Positions 13,701 through 24,900 of a stretch of DNA of 58,959 nt are shown here, piece after piece. Under the pieces are notes generated by a model that was given only the letters and a program-made list of their open reading frames with translations, searched no databases and was not told the origin of the DNA. Position numbers and translations under genes: made by a program. Where the stretch lies: NCBI GenBank assembly GCA_050230475.1, contig JBFLGF010000201.1, positions 1 through 58,959 of the forward strand, given 5' to 3'. The DNA is from Ancylonema sp. (lineage: Eukaryota). The stretch's first letter is position 1. Every line of letters starts with the position of its first letter.

Positions 13701-16090
13701 ATGACTCCCTCAGACTTCGTGAGGGCCACCAGTCAGGGCAGGTGAAGAAGTCTGGGCTTGTAGAAACTTTTGCCTCGCGAGTTTCTCTTTTGATCCTTGT
13801 GTGGGAGATACGTAACTCCTCACTAGGCAGTGACTTCTCCCACCACCCAACCGTACCTTTCAGCGCGCAGGTTTTCAACATCTATCCAAAAAAGGGAGTG
13901 ATAGCAGTGGGGTCCGATGCTGACATCATCATTCTAGATCCCCAACAAGAGCATGTCATCAGCGCGGCCTCTCATTGGTCGAGAGCTGATAGGAATGTCT
14001 ACGAAGGGTGGAGTATGAAGGTACTACGGCTTCCATTCCCTACTTGTTTACATTAAAACCTGTTCTAATTAATACTGTGCTAAAGAATAACTTGTCATAA
14101 CTAATAGTTATTTTTCCGCCCGGTTTTGGGTTATCCCCCAGAAATTGACGTGTTAATTATTACCCTGTCTCAATTGATATATTTTTCCGGTCCCGACCAT
14201 ATTAATCAAGACGGGTTCTACTTTACGTAGGATCAATGCACTGGACTCGTTCAAACAATTTTTGAAGAGACAGTTGGAATCGTTGCTTAGCAGCAGCTGG
14301 CTCATCGACAGGGTTACCAAGATGAATAGGAGAAAGAAAGTTGAAAGCATCCGCATACCATGGCTCAGGATCTTGATCATCGACATCACCACTTGAGTTG
14401 CTCACAAGTTGAGGAAGCTCTTCATTCTGAAGAGGAAGGGCACCCTGAAACTGTGGCAAAGGATTTCCCCCAGCATTGGGGGTCGCTTCATCGGCAGAAT
14501 TCAGATTAGCTCTGACAGGTTGCCCACTTTCAGAAATGCCCCCTCCGACTCCAAAAACACTCCCTCCTACTCTCTTATCAACACCTTCCGGACTTTGCCT
14601 CATGACGATCGAGTCTTTTTGCAAGTCCCTGAGCTCTTCTTTCTCTTCCACCATCTGATTTGTCACACACTCATCAAACTTATCATGCGCAAGGTTGGTG
14701 TACAGACTTTTGACATCGATATGTGCAACAATGGTCGCTCGAACTCGGGTGTAGATCAGCGTTTTCCGACCTGTGGTTGTCTCCTGTAGAGTGCAGACTT
14801 GCTTTCCATTTTTGGTGAACACAAGAATTTTGCCACATGCCTTGCCACTGCAGCTATATGTCCAGCCTGCTTCTCTTGCCTTCTGTCCACTGAACAAATT
14901 TGTGCGCATGCCTGGAATGTATAGACATTTTCGCAGAGTTATGCCACCACATTCTCCTTAATTCCACTTTGTTTAATTCCACTGTTCCCCATTGCTGCAC
15001 ATGCACGCTACCAACCAGATGTTGCAAGGTAATTCCATGAGGAATATCCTCAAGATCTTTGAAAATGTTTTTCTGCCCGGTCGAGTGATGACTGGATCCT
15101 TCGTCGAACAAGAATTCATTTGCTTTTTCATGATCTACTGCGTGTCCATCGAAGATCTCAGCAACAACGGCTTCCCCATGACCGCAACCTAAATCATTTT
15201 CAAGTTCTCCGACAAAGGCAGTTTTGCGACCTGTTCGCACCCCTCTTCGCTGCATACGTGGAGTGTAACGGGTCGACAGTACACGTTTAGTACATTCCGC
15301 TACTTATCGATATTTGGCCGAGTATCGATTGCGCCTATAAGCAAGTTCGCTTATAGAGAGGGTCACTGGTCGGGTGCCAGCGCCCCGAACTTGAGTATTA
15401 TTAATCCGGGCGCACGGTTGCGCCGCAATGATTATTAATTCGATAATAGATATTGCCGTCCCTGCTAGACGACAATATTCTATTCGGCATTCGACGGTTC
15501 GAAGTGCCAGTCCGCACGCACGGTCTAGGACCAAGAGACAAGTGACGTATAGTCAACGGTCAATGCAGGGCTTGGAGCCCGCATCGATAGTTCAGCTCGT
15601 GGAGCAGTACAGTGGCGTGGGCAACCGCTGTCAGCTGAGTGCGTGAAACACCCTGAACTGTTTTGAGTCTGAGCTCGATTCGTTCGAGGACTCTGCCTTT
15701 AAGTATTCACGCCAGATTTACAGGGAAATCAGTTGTGTATTGACAAGCTCTAGTTGGTGTAGATCTCGATACAGCGTGACGGGGAGTTCGAATCTCACAT
15801 TGCAAGAGTCACAACCTCTGATCTGAACGGGTTTGTAGTCCGTCTCTACACTCGGCGCGTAGGTGTTGTGGTGTAAAGAATGGGGTTTGGGTTGTGGTGT
15901 GAGTGACCAGGGTAAGATTGTGACAACCATCTCCAGAGGGAAGTTGGTTTGGCACAATGGGAGTGTGAATGTGGAGAGGGGGCAAGGTAAGAGAGTTCAG
16001 ATGCCCACTCATAGCCCCCTATTCTACAAGAGCGAGGACGGGTCGGGAGGGTGTAATGGTCCGCGACGAAGCTCGATTGCTAGGCACTGA
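10742..16090 (+). CDS. PYD2: Dihydropyrimidinase (amidohydrolase) with signal peptide; frameshift and His-to-Arg change in exon 4, possible pseudogene
   Basis: 10 exons: 10742-10798, 10876-10998, 11570-11621, 12237-12714, 12806-13014, 13102-13268, 13451-13491, 13689-13741, 13864-14020, 15911-16090. Motifs: GGTVVNAD, IDATGMYVMPGGID, GGITTVIDF, GVNSFKMYMA, IHAEN, GPEGHALSRP, LYLVHV, TSPPIR, ATDH, GVEERL, FNIYPKKGVIAVGSDADII. Confidence 0.92.
14223..15255 (-). mobile_element. Degenerate Ty1/Copia fragment (protease region) in dihydropyrimidinase intron 9
   Basis: FLFDEGSSHHSTG (protease) and NLFSGQKAREAGWTYSCSGKACG closely parallel WLYDGGASHHSCG and NLFSGQKLRQAAWSYTCSGKLCG in the element at 40205-41017. 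Frameshifted; boundaries approximate. Confidence 0.8.
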
Positions 16091-16692
16091 CGTTCAATAT
16101 CACTCGAGATATTATGTGTTTTGTGGCTGATTGCGGCGATGATGTACATATGAAGTTTATTTCACAAACTGGTTGTTGTAGATGTTGGCAAGGGCCACAA
16201 TTTGGTTGGGTTATAATGGGCACAATCAATGTGGACGAGAATTCATTTTGCAAGAGTGCGGTACATTAGGGGTTTGTTGGAGTGTCTCAAATCTTTCTGG
16301 TATTTTTAGATTGTAGATCAATGTTTGAGTGCAAATATGCGCACTTTGTTGTGGAGATACAATGTATCATAAATTGTTGCGTGGCACAACAAATTTGATT
16401 GTTTGAATGGAGTTTCATGTTGCATAGTTTCGTATAAGTTGCAAATTAGAATCGCGTTCGGATTTTGACTTCGAGTATACAATGATACCTTATTTACGAA
16501 TGTCAAGTCACGTCAATGGTGTACCATCACCCCCAACCCCACCTAAGGAATCTGGCCGATTGTACCGGGTCTCTATCTGGCAATTTAGAATAGTAACATA
16601 TACATTCTGAATATTTTTTCGGTGGTGTGGACGTTTGCCAACTTGTTATACATTAGTCACTTTGTGCACGTCCTCGCATGAAAAACGCAATA

Positions 16693-18715
16693 CCGTACTG
16701 GCCACATAGTTGCACGAACCGTCTTTTTTTTTTTTTTGGGAACCGGTTCCGAGATGGAACCGTTTCGGAACCGGACGAACAGGGATATTTTTAGGGTTTT
16801 ACTCCTTCCCGCGGTAGAACAGTTTTCCCCTCCCAAAAAACGTACGCGGGGGAAATAAATCGTTGTAAATGTTCATGTTGGTGACTCCACGTCATTTTCA
16901 GACCCAAAAATTGTGAAAAAAATCATCAGAAAATTACGGCGCGGCCGTTGTTAGTTTCAATTTGCTTTATTTCGCGCCATGGCAGGACGTGGTGCATTTT
17001 CGTTGGCAGAAAACAACACGCGACCTTCCACTATGAAAAACTTTGGAGAATAATGAAGGGATGTGAAAGGTAGGATAATTGAGTAGGAAGAGAGTGGATA
17101 TAAATGGATTGCCGCAGCTTTGAGTAGACGATTGAAAAAAAAAAAAACATGGAAAGTTAAATCAAATGTCGAGCGGCAATACAAAACGGGTGACAACATT
17201 ATGTCGCAATATTTTCACATGGAATCAAAACACGGAATGAGAATGAAGAAAGATATATGGAATGGATTTTATGGATGGTTGAAAAAAGAGTGGAACTTGT
17301 TATCTAACTACTTTCACATCAGTAGCAAGAAAGTGTGCACAGTATTGAGCAAAACAGAGAAATGCACCAAAAGCAGGTGGATTCACTCATGAGAAAAATC
17401 GTTTTGAGTGTTTTTACAATGTATATAATTTTTTTTTTTTTTTTTGGATAGACCATGAAGTGGTACACACACAACAAAATACTACTTGTCGATTTTTCCC
17501 GAGACATATAGCCCCTCAAAATGCCGTTTAAGTGAAAAAAACCCTAAATCCCGCGGTTCCGAACCGCGGCCACTTTTTCCGGAACCGGTTCCATCTAAGA
17601 TCCGGTTCGGAAACGGTTCGGAGTTCGTGCAACTATGACCATACATAATGACCCGCAAATAATTATTGAAAGGGTGGGTCGGGTCAAATTAAATAATTCA
17701 TTTTTTGGCGTTGGTTCACGCCATAAATTCCGGAATACGGCGTAGTGGGTCACCATCATAAAATCGATTTTATTCGTGTTTTTGCTCGGTTTTTACGTTA
17801 TATGTGGTTGGATCCCGATCGCCAAGATTCAATCGTGGTCCCGTAGCGGCGTAATCGATCGTCATTGGTTTCTTTTTCACAACTTTAGGGGGGTAAATGG
17901 CCATGTTGGGGAATAACGAAGGTGTTTATTTTTCTCATATTTTTGCACCATGCACAAGACAACATGATAAATAACATAGAGTTTCCAGATTTTTTAAACA
18001 CAATACACCTTTCGAAAAATCGATAAACCGGAAGAATGTGGATATCTCCACACACTCACTTGTCACTACTCACTAAACACTACTCATACTCTATCACTAT
18101 CTAGTCTTCACTACTCTTCCAATTCATCACTATGTGTTCACGTCTAAGGGTCCGCTGAAGTCTCCACGGCCGCAATCTAGAGCTCACAATGCACCGCACC
18201 GAGATAAGGCTTTTGAACGAAAGTGAACGGATGAGATGAATGACAAATAAAATTGAGATGAAGGAAAGTGAACATTTTTTTAAGTGTAAAGTGAACGGAT
18301 GAACGGCGAAAACATATTAGGTTTAGGAAAGTGAACGGATTTTCGGGTGTAAAGTGAACGGATGAACGGCGAATGAATTTGAGGGTTTACGGAAGTGAAC
18401 GATTTTTTTAGTGTAACGTGAACGGTAAAGTGGAAAAAAACCCGGGAATATCTGGAAAAAAAAAGACGGCCGAAAGATACCCCCCCAAGGTTTAGAGTGC
18501 CATAATTAGTACGGTACTGGTGCAGAACAAATTACTTGTTGTTTAAAGGTGGGTCATTTTGCTTGCCGGGTCACGGTATAATAAATATATTTTACCCGGG
18601 TCATAATTCTGGGTCACGGGATAATAAATATATTTTGCCCGGGTCAAGTTGGTGGGTCACGAAAAAAAAAAATTGTTTTTTTTTTAACCCGGGTCATTAT
18701 GTATGGCCACTACGG
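16693..18715. mobile_element. Tc1/mariner(pogo)-type non-autonomous element, TIR CCGTA(G/C)TGGCCATACATAATGACCC, TA target duplication
   Basis: ta|ccgtactggcca...(insert)...ccatacataatgacccg at left and gggtcattatgtatggccactacgg|ta at right. Internal GGGTCA and AGTGAACGG repeats. Confidence 0.75.
16707..17635. mobile_element. hAT-like MITE inserted in the TIR of the 16693 element
   Basis: TIR tagttgcacgaac / gttcgtgcaacta, subterminal GGAACCG repeats, imperfect 8-bp TSD tggccaca / tgaccata. Confidence 0.75.
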
Positions 18716-19230
18716 TAGACTACAAATAGATGGCCGTGGCGGAGAAAAACAAATCGGGCAATCAAGGGCCATCCGTCGTCTAGAGACATTATTGACAATC
18801 CGATTGACTTGACGTAAGTTTTACTTTATCTTACGATACCACTATTCCTTCATAGCCTTTTCGAGATATCTCCTAACCTTTACCCATTTTGATCCTACCG
18901 TTGTCCAACCGCTCACACCGGTCAAACATCGGTTGGGCGGTTGGACACACCGGTTGGAACGGTAGAGCAACTAAAAAAACGGTTGGCCAACCGCCAATCA
19001 TAAACAATTTAGCGGGTGGGATATAATCTTTAATAAGGGACGTTCAATCCAAACCATAGTTGGTATTTTGGCATGCGCGTGCCACACGCGTGCGGAAATC
19101 TCGCGCACGGTGCACGAGAAATATGCCATACTTAAAGATGTCGCTAGAAATAGTGTTATCTATTTCAAATCACAAAAATGTACAGGATTCGGAGAAACCT
19201 GGTTTGTTTGACCGTATTGTGTATTTTGTT

Positions 19231-19864
19231 TGCGGTTCACAATTTGGAACTCAAGTAGTTCTCTTCATGACAACTATTGGTTTGTCTTAAATTTTAACAA
19301 TTGTCCATGTTGTTCATGACCATAGTGTTTACTCCATGTCCAACAAAATAAGCGTGGACTTTGTGACATAGTACGACCTTAATACTCTAACTCTCCTCGT
19401 AAAGTTAATCAATCACGTTTCGCTAGTCGCAATGTATTGGTACCATTACGCACTTGTATAACTTGCATAACAACACCCATGCTGAATTCGATGATGATGC
19501 TATGGCAACTTACTCTAGGCAACATGTAAACAACATACTTGCTCGTTTACTTTGCTTCATTCACGGAGTCCCTCAATACAAGGACACACATTATAAAATC
19601 TAGTAGTGAATGTCCTTATAAAGCGTATCAGGGCACCTCAACATAATGACTCTGTTTTGGTCTTTATATCGAGGGAGCATTGTACATGGCGAGTATCAAA
19701 ATATACTCGAACAACTCTTACTAGGAGAGTTGGGAAATACTAAAGAAGAGACATACTTTGTCGGCCACGGAGTAAAAACAATGGACATGAATAACATGAA
19801 CAATTTTTGGTGAGCAAGACACACCAACACTTGTCATGAAGCTCATTCCGATCTGCGAACCGCA
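19231..19864. repeat. Imperfect ~100-bp inverted repeats flanking an AT-rich core; related sequence at ~44380-44680
   Basis: tgcggttcac...aattgtccatgttgttcatgaccatagtgtttactcc (19231-19335) versus ggagtaaaaacaatggacatgaataacatgaacaattt...gcgaaccgca (19769-19864). aatggacataaacaacatgaacaattt recurs near 44646. Confidence 0.55.
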
Positions 19865-21593
19865 TTTTTTTTATGTGTGAATGTGATTTGTGAGCGCTTT
19901 GCAACCTAGGAGGAACGGCCGCGGTGAGTACACGCGCTTAGTTCTAGACCATTAACGAAGCACTTTTCGTTATGCCAAGTGCGGTTTGAGGGCCTCTCGA
20001 ACACTCGAGTAAGTTCAATGTCGTTCATGAGGATTTTCATGACGCTGTCTCTCGGTTTTTCATCGAGAGATAGCGTCGTTATTTGCAAGAAACGACATTC
20101 TATTGACATTAATTTGGTATAACGACAAATTATAATGTATGTACATAGAGTGTCGTTGTGCTCATTTGGAGGCAATTGTACCGTATTGGGCACCGTAATT
20201 GATTTCCGGTTTTGTTATAATTGATTATTTTCGTAATGCTTTTTAAAATGATTCCGGGATTCCGTTACTTTTAGTCAATGATTTTTTGGGACGACTCCGG
20301 ATCATAGGAATAGAAATGGTAAAATATTTCCTTATTTTGAAATAAAAAATCAATTTGTTTTCCCGCATATGTGTCACTTTGACATATTTTACGTGGTTTA
20401 TGACGACGCATGTGCTCGTGGCTGGCGCTCATACTAGACGCAAATTGCGACTCGGAATGTCTTGCCGACTGCACTTTTGTCGGTAGGCAAGGACTTTCGT
20501 TGTCGTATAGCGCGTTTGATCGGTAATTTCCCATGTTGTGGAATTTGAGGGCCCGGGAACATATTTTCAGACGTTGTGAATGTCACTCGTCCAAAAATGT
20601 GTCGTCTTGCACGTGCTTATTTTGTCGTGTAGCCCGTTTCATCACATCCAGAGCGACATCTAGAGTCACGTCTAGGCGACCCCAAATTTCCCGTAAATGA
20701 TTCCTAAAACGGGTTCAGTTTTCTATCTTTCTATAATTAATTAAAAGTATTACTTTCGGTGGGTCTTTGGAGTGCGCGTCCCGCACGTGTTTCGCACGCG
20801 CACGCTCGCGCACGCGTGCCGCACGCGTGCGCAAATCTCGCACACGGTGCTGACCCATAGGCGTTAAAATTATATTATTATCCTCTGGGGGGGGGGGGGT
20901 ACTTCCTACACCCCAGGGGTGCCGGGATGTTTCCAAAATCACGAAATGTATTTGGTGAACCGGTTACAACGTGGCAGTATTCAATTTAGGGCCTAATACG
21001 TTATATCGAACTACTTACAGTGCAAAATGGGTCAGTACTCACTACTTGGTCAAATTTCGACGTCCGAAGTCGATTAGAGAAATTGTCCCGGTGCGGCACG
21101 CGCGCCGCACTTGTGCGCTAGCGTATGCGCGCGGCACGCTCGCGAAAATCTTGCGCACGGTGCTGACCCATCTATGCTTTCGGGTTTCCATAATTAATTA
21201 GGAATCATTTCTGGTGCCCAGGACGGTATATTTAGTTTGAAATGGCTCGAAAAAACTGCCTTAAAGAGGTTACTTATACCGTGGGTGCACTGTACGGGAA
21301 AATCTGTAAACCGCCCGCGCTTATAACGGATCGACGGTCAATCGAGTCGGTTACCCCCATATGATAGGGAACGATAGGGCCCCCCTATCGTTCATCGAGC
21401 TCGTTTCTTTGTCGTATCCGGCACACAGTTTTGGCCAATGTTGGCCCTTTTCAACCGTTGCTGAGATTTGTCTTTTCCCACCTGGTCCCGATCGAATGAA
21501 CCGCATTCCCATGGACAAATTGTCGTCTTGTCAATCCAAGTAGCTTCCAACCATTGGCCAACACACATTCTTGTCTGTGCCGCCCCCAGAACC

Positions 21594-21809
21594 ACGTGGC
21601 ATTTGACGACGTGTTTATCAAAGGTGGATTTATTTTCAAACTACCGCGTTCACACATCAAATCGGACGTTCGATGCCACGAACTGAACCGTTGATCAATC
21701 TCGTCCATCCACGTCTCGCGCTCTCGACACGTTTGCTGTCGGTACCATCGTACGTGTCAGATCACGTCTAATGCCGTGAAAGGCGTGATTCTGGACACAC
21801 GTCACACGT
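21594..21809 (+). promoter_or_regulatory. Cluster of ACGT-core elements (ABRE/G-box-like) upstream of the giant repeat protein
   Basis: ACGT at 21594, 21609, 21666, 21711, 21729, 21752, 21764, 21799 and 21806, including CACGTGGC and ACGTGTC on both strands. Confidence 0.55.
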
Positions 21810-21972
21810 CGAAGTCCCGTCCTTGAGAAATCGTCTGTTATTGTCAGACGACATCGCCTCTTCATTCCGTGGCTATTCCTAAGACTATTTCGTGGCTCAC
21901 TGTTCTCGCCTGTCACGGGCGCTAGTGCACAATTGACACCGTGGGCTGCGCATCAGCGTACGCTCTTTCGTA

Positions 21973-24900
21973 ATGGCGTCCGTTCCCATTCCAGTCATGT
22001 ATCACGAAACTGTGCCTGACTTTCTTGAATTCTGGGCGGAGCACCGTCCTTCCGTGGAATTCGCCCTCCAAACCCCGTGTCCTGCAAACGCACTAGCCTG
22101 CCTCACAGCCTACAAAGAAGCAGATCCGGCGCTTAAGTCCTTCGTGCTGAACCCTACTCGCGAAACTCTGTTCAGCCACGAGAGGGAAGTGGAGAGCTTA
22201 CTATCGAAACTAGAGGGAAGCAATTTGCCAGGGGCCGCCCTGGTCAACACACATGTGGCCAAGTTCGGACTGGAACACGTGGCAGGCCCAGTTCTCGAAT
22301 TCATTGCCGACACCAAGCCTCTGTTCCGCTCCGCCGCGGCAGCTGCTGCGCATGGGGAGGAAGGGGTGGGAGGAGAAGGCGCAATCAGCGCAGCTGGGGG
22401 GGGATTTGCGAACAAAGATTTGCTGGTTGGGGTGGCAGGAGATGTGGCGGGGGGAGGCGCGGCCAGCCTTGGTGTAGAGGAGGCTGGGGATGCGGCAGAC
22501 GAGCTACCTGACACGGGGGAGCTGGAGGAGATGGCCAAGCTGAGCGGAGTCGAGCCAAATGCTCTGGAAAGGAGTATGAGGAAGGCGAAGGAGCTGGCTG
22601 AGAAAAAGAATCTGAGTCCGAGCAAGGGGGCAGGTGAGCTGCGGCAGTACGATGCATCGATGTGCTGATGTAGGGAAAGGAAATGGGAAGCGTGTACAGG
22701 GACTGGCATTATATGAGTCTCTAGTTTGTGGGGAGATTTCAGGAATCTTGTACAAGCATGGCTTTTGAGTCGTGACTGAGGTAGTTGAGTGTCGAAAGAC
22801 AGGACAGATATTGATTTGGTGTGTGGATGATTGGCATGAAATCGCAGTCTCCAAGCCAACCCAATCGTGACCAATAATATATTGTGTTCCGTTTCGCGGT
22901 GATTGCAGGTGTGGGTCCCACGAAATCCATTGACCCGCCCCGGTCTCTCAGAACAGGCGGCCTTTTTCCATTGGAGGAAAATGACACAGCAGTGACTGCA
23001 CTGGCAGAACCAGTTCTTCTACCGGGCGTCCACGTAGACCACTCGAGTGCGGTGGCCAAGGCGGCAAAAGTCCCTGGAGATGCGGCAGAAGTGGAGGAGG
23101 AGGGAGAGGTGAAGGTGGAGGGGGAGGGGGAGGGGGAGGAGGAGCCGGCGATGCCAGAGGGAGCGATGGCTATGAGGGGACCCCCGAGAAGAATGAGTTT
23201 AGGGACGGCAACCATCAGTGCTCTGGTAGACGAAGATTTCGGGTGGGGGGTACCGATGGCGTCTTCCATAACCCCGCCCCCCGATGACCTTCCGACGGGG
23301 ATGACGAAGCTCCCCGCCCCTACGATTGAGATCGGGGGAGAGAAGGAAGGGATCGAAGCAGCGGGGTCGAAGCCACCCAACCCTTCGCCTTCCCAAGCCA
23401 AGTCTCCCATCTCTGGCTTCTTCCACAGACTCAAGAGTGGGAGGAGCTCTGATCCTGCGCCGCACGCAGTGGAGGTGGAGGAGCAGAAGGCGGAGGAACT
23501 GAGTCAAGTGGCGGAGGGGGTGGGGGGGGAAGAGAGGAGTGGGTTGGGGAAGGCTGGGGAGGCTACTGCAGGGGTTGCCCCTGTGTTGGGGGGGGATATC
23601 CCGGTGGACGAGTATGAGAAGGTGGGGAAACAGAAGGGGAAGGAAGTGGGGGGGGAGGTGCCAAGCTTGTTCAGTGAAGACGTGGAAGCCTCAGCGTCGG
23701 GAGCAGAGCCGAAGGGCTTCGCACACGTGGCAGAAGGGGAGTCGGGGATCGCACACGTGGCAGAAGGAGAAGGTGCAGCGCAGGAGGGTGTGTTCGCGTC
23801 TGCCTTACTCGGGGTGGCAGCGGCTGCAGGGGCTGTGGGCGGTGCTGGGGGGGGGATGGGGGGAGGGGCAGCGCACATCGGGCAGAAGGCAGTTGGTCAT
23901 GTGACAGGTGGCGCTGCACCAGTGGCGCCTGTGGGGGAGGCTGTGGAGGAGGAGGGGTTACCTGTTGGCATAGAGACAGGTGGCAGTGGGGGGGAGGGTG
24001 TGGTGGGGAGAACATTAGGAGCACCCGGGTTGGGGATCGGAGCAGCCGCAGGGGCGTTGGGAGGAGTGGTGGCGGGGGTTACTCTGATTGGACAGAAGGT
24101 CATAGCTCAACTGCCAGGTGGCGCTGTATCAGACACACCGCTGGAGACAGGTGGCACTGCGTCAGAGACACCGGTGGAGACAGGTGGCGCTACAGTAGCG
24201 ACTCTTGCGGAGGAGGTTGGGAAGGAGGAGGGGGCGCCTGCCGGCCTTGTGATAGGTGGCAGTGTGGAGGAGGAGGCGGGTGTGGGGGGGAGAACATTAG
24301 GAGCGGCCGGGTCGGGGGTGGCAGTCGCGGTTGGGGCTCTGGGAGGAGTCGTGGTGGGGGTCGCGCATGCGGGACAGAAAGCGGTTGCTCAACACCCAGG
24401 TGTTGTTGCAACGGGGGCACCGTTGGAGACAGGTGGCACTGCATCCGAGGTGTCACTGGAGAGTGTGCCTGTAGAGAAGGCAGGGAAGGAGGAGGAGGTG
24501 GCTTCTGCCGGGGTGGAGGAGACAGGTGGCAGTGTGGAGGAGGGAGGGCCGACCAGCGGAGTGGTGGGCAGAACGCTGGGAGCAGCCGGGGGTAGAATCG
24601 CAACGGCGGTGGGGACGGTGGGGGGGGTTGTAGGGGGGGTGATGGGTATGGGGCAGAAGGCTGTTGGCCAAGTGACAGCTGGCAGTGCGTCAGAGGCTCC
24701 ACTGGAGACAGATGGCGGTGGGGAATTTGGAGAGTCTGAGATTCTGGAGCCTGAGGGAGTTGTGACACCCCTGCAGAGGGAGCCCGTGGAGGAAGGTTCA
24801 GGGAAGGAGGGGGTTCCTGCCGGCAGGGAGGCCAGTTTGCTGGGCAGGGCCGTGGAGGTTGGGTCCCTGGGGATGGTGGGGGCTGGGGCTGTGCACGGGG

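Noticed and set aside
15265..15800. Possible solo LTR (TGTAAC...TCACA) in dihydropyrimidinase intron 9
   Set aside because: No target-site duplication and no second copy in the window.
18217..18427. Spaced AAGTGAACGG repeats resembling a CRISPR array
   Set aside because: Short, irregular, non-unique spacers inside a MITE in a eukaryotic context, with no cas genes.
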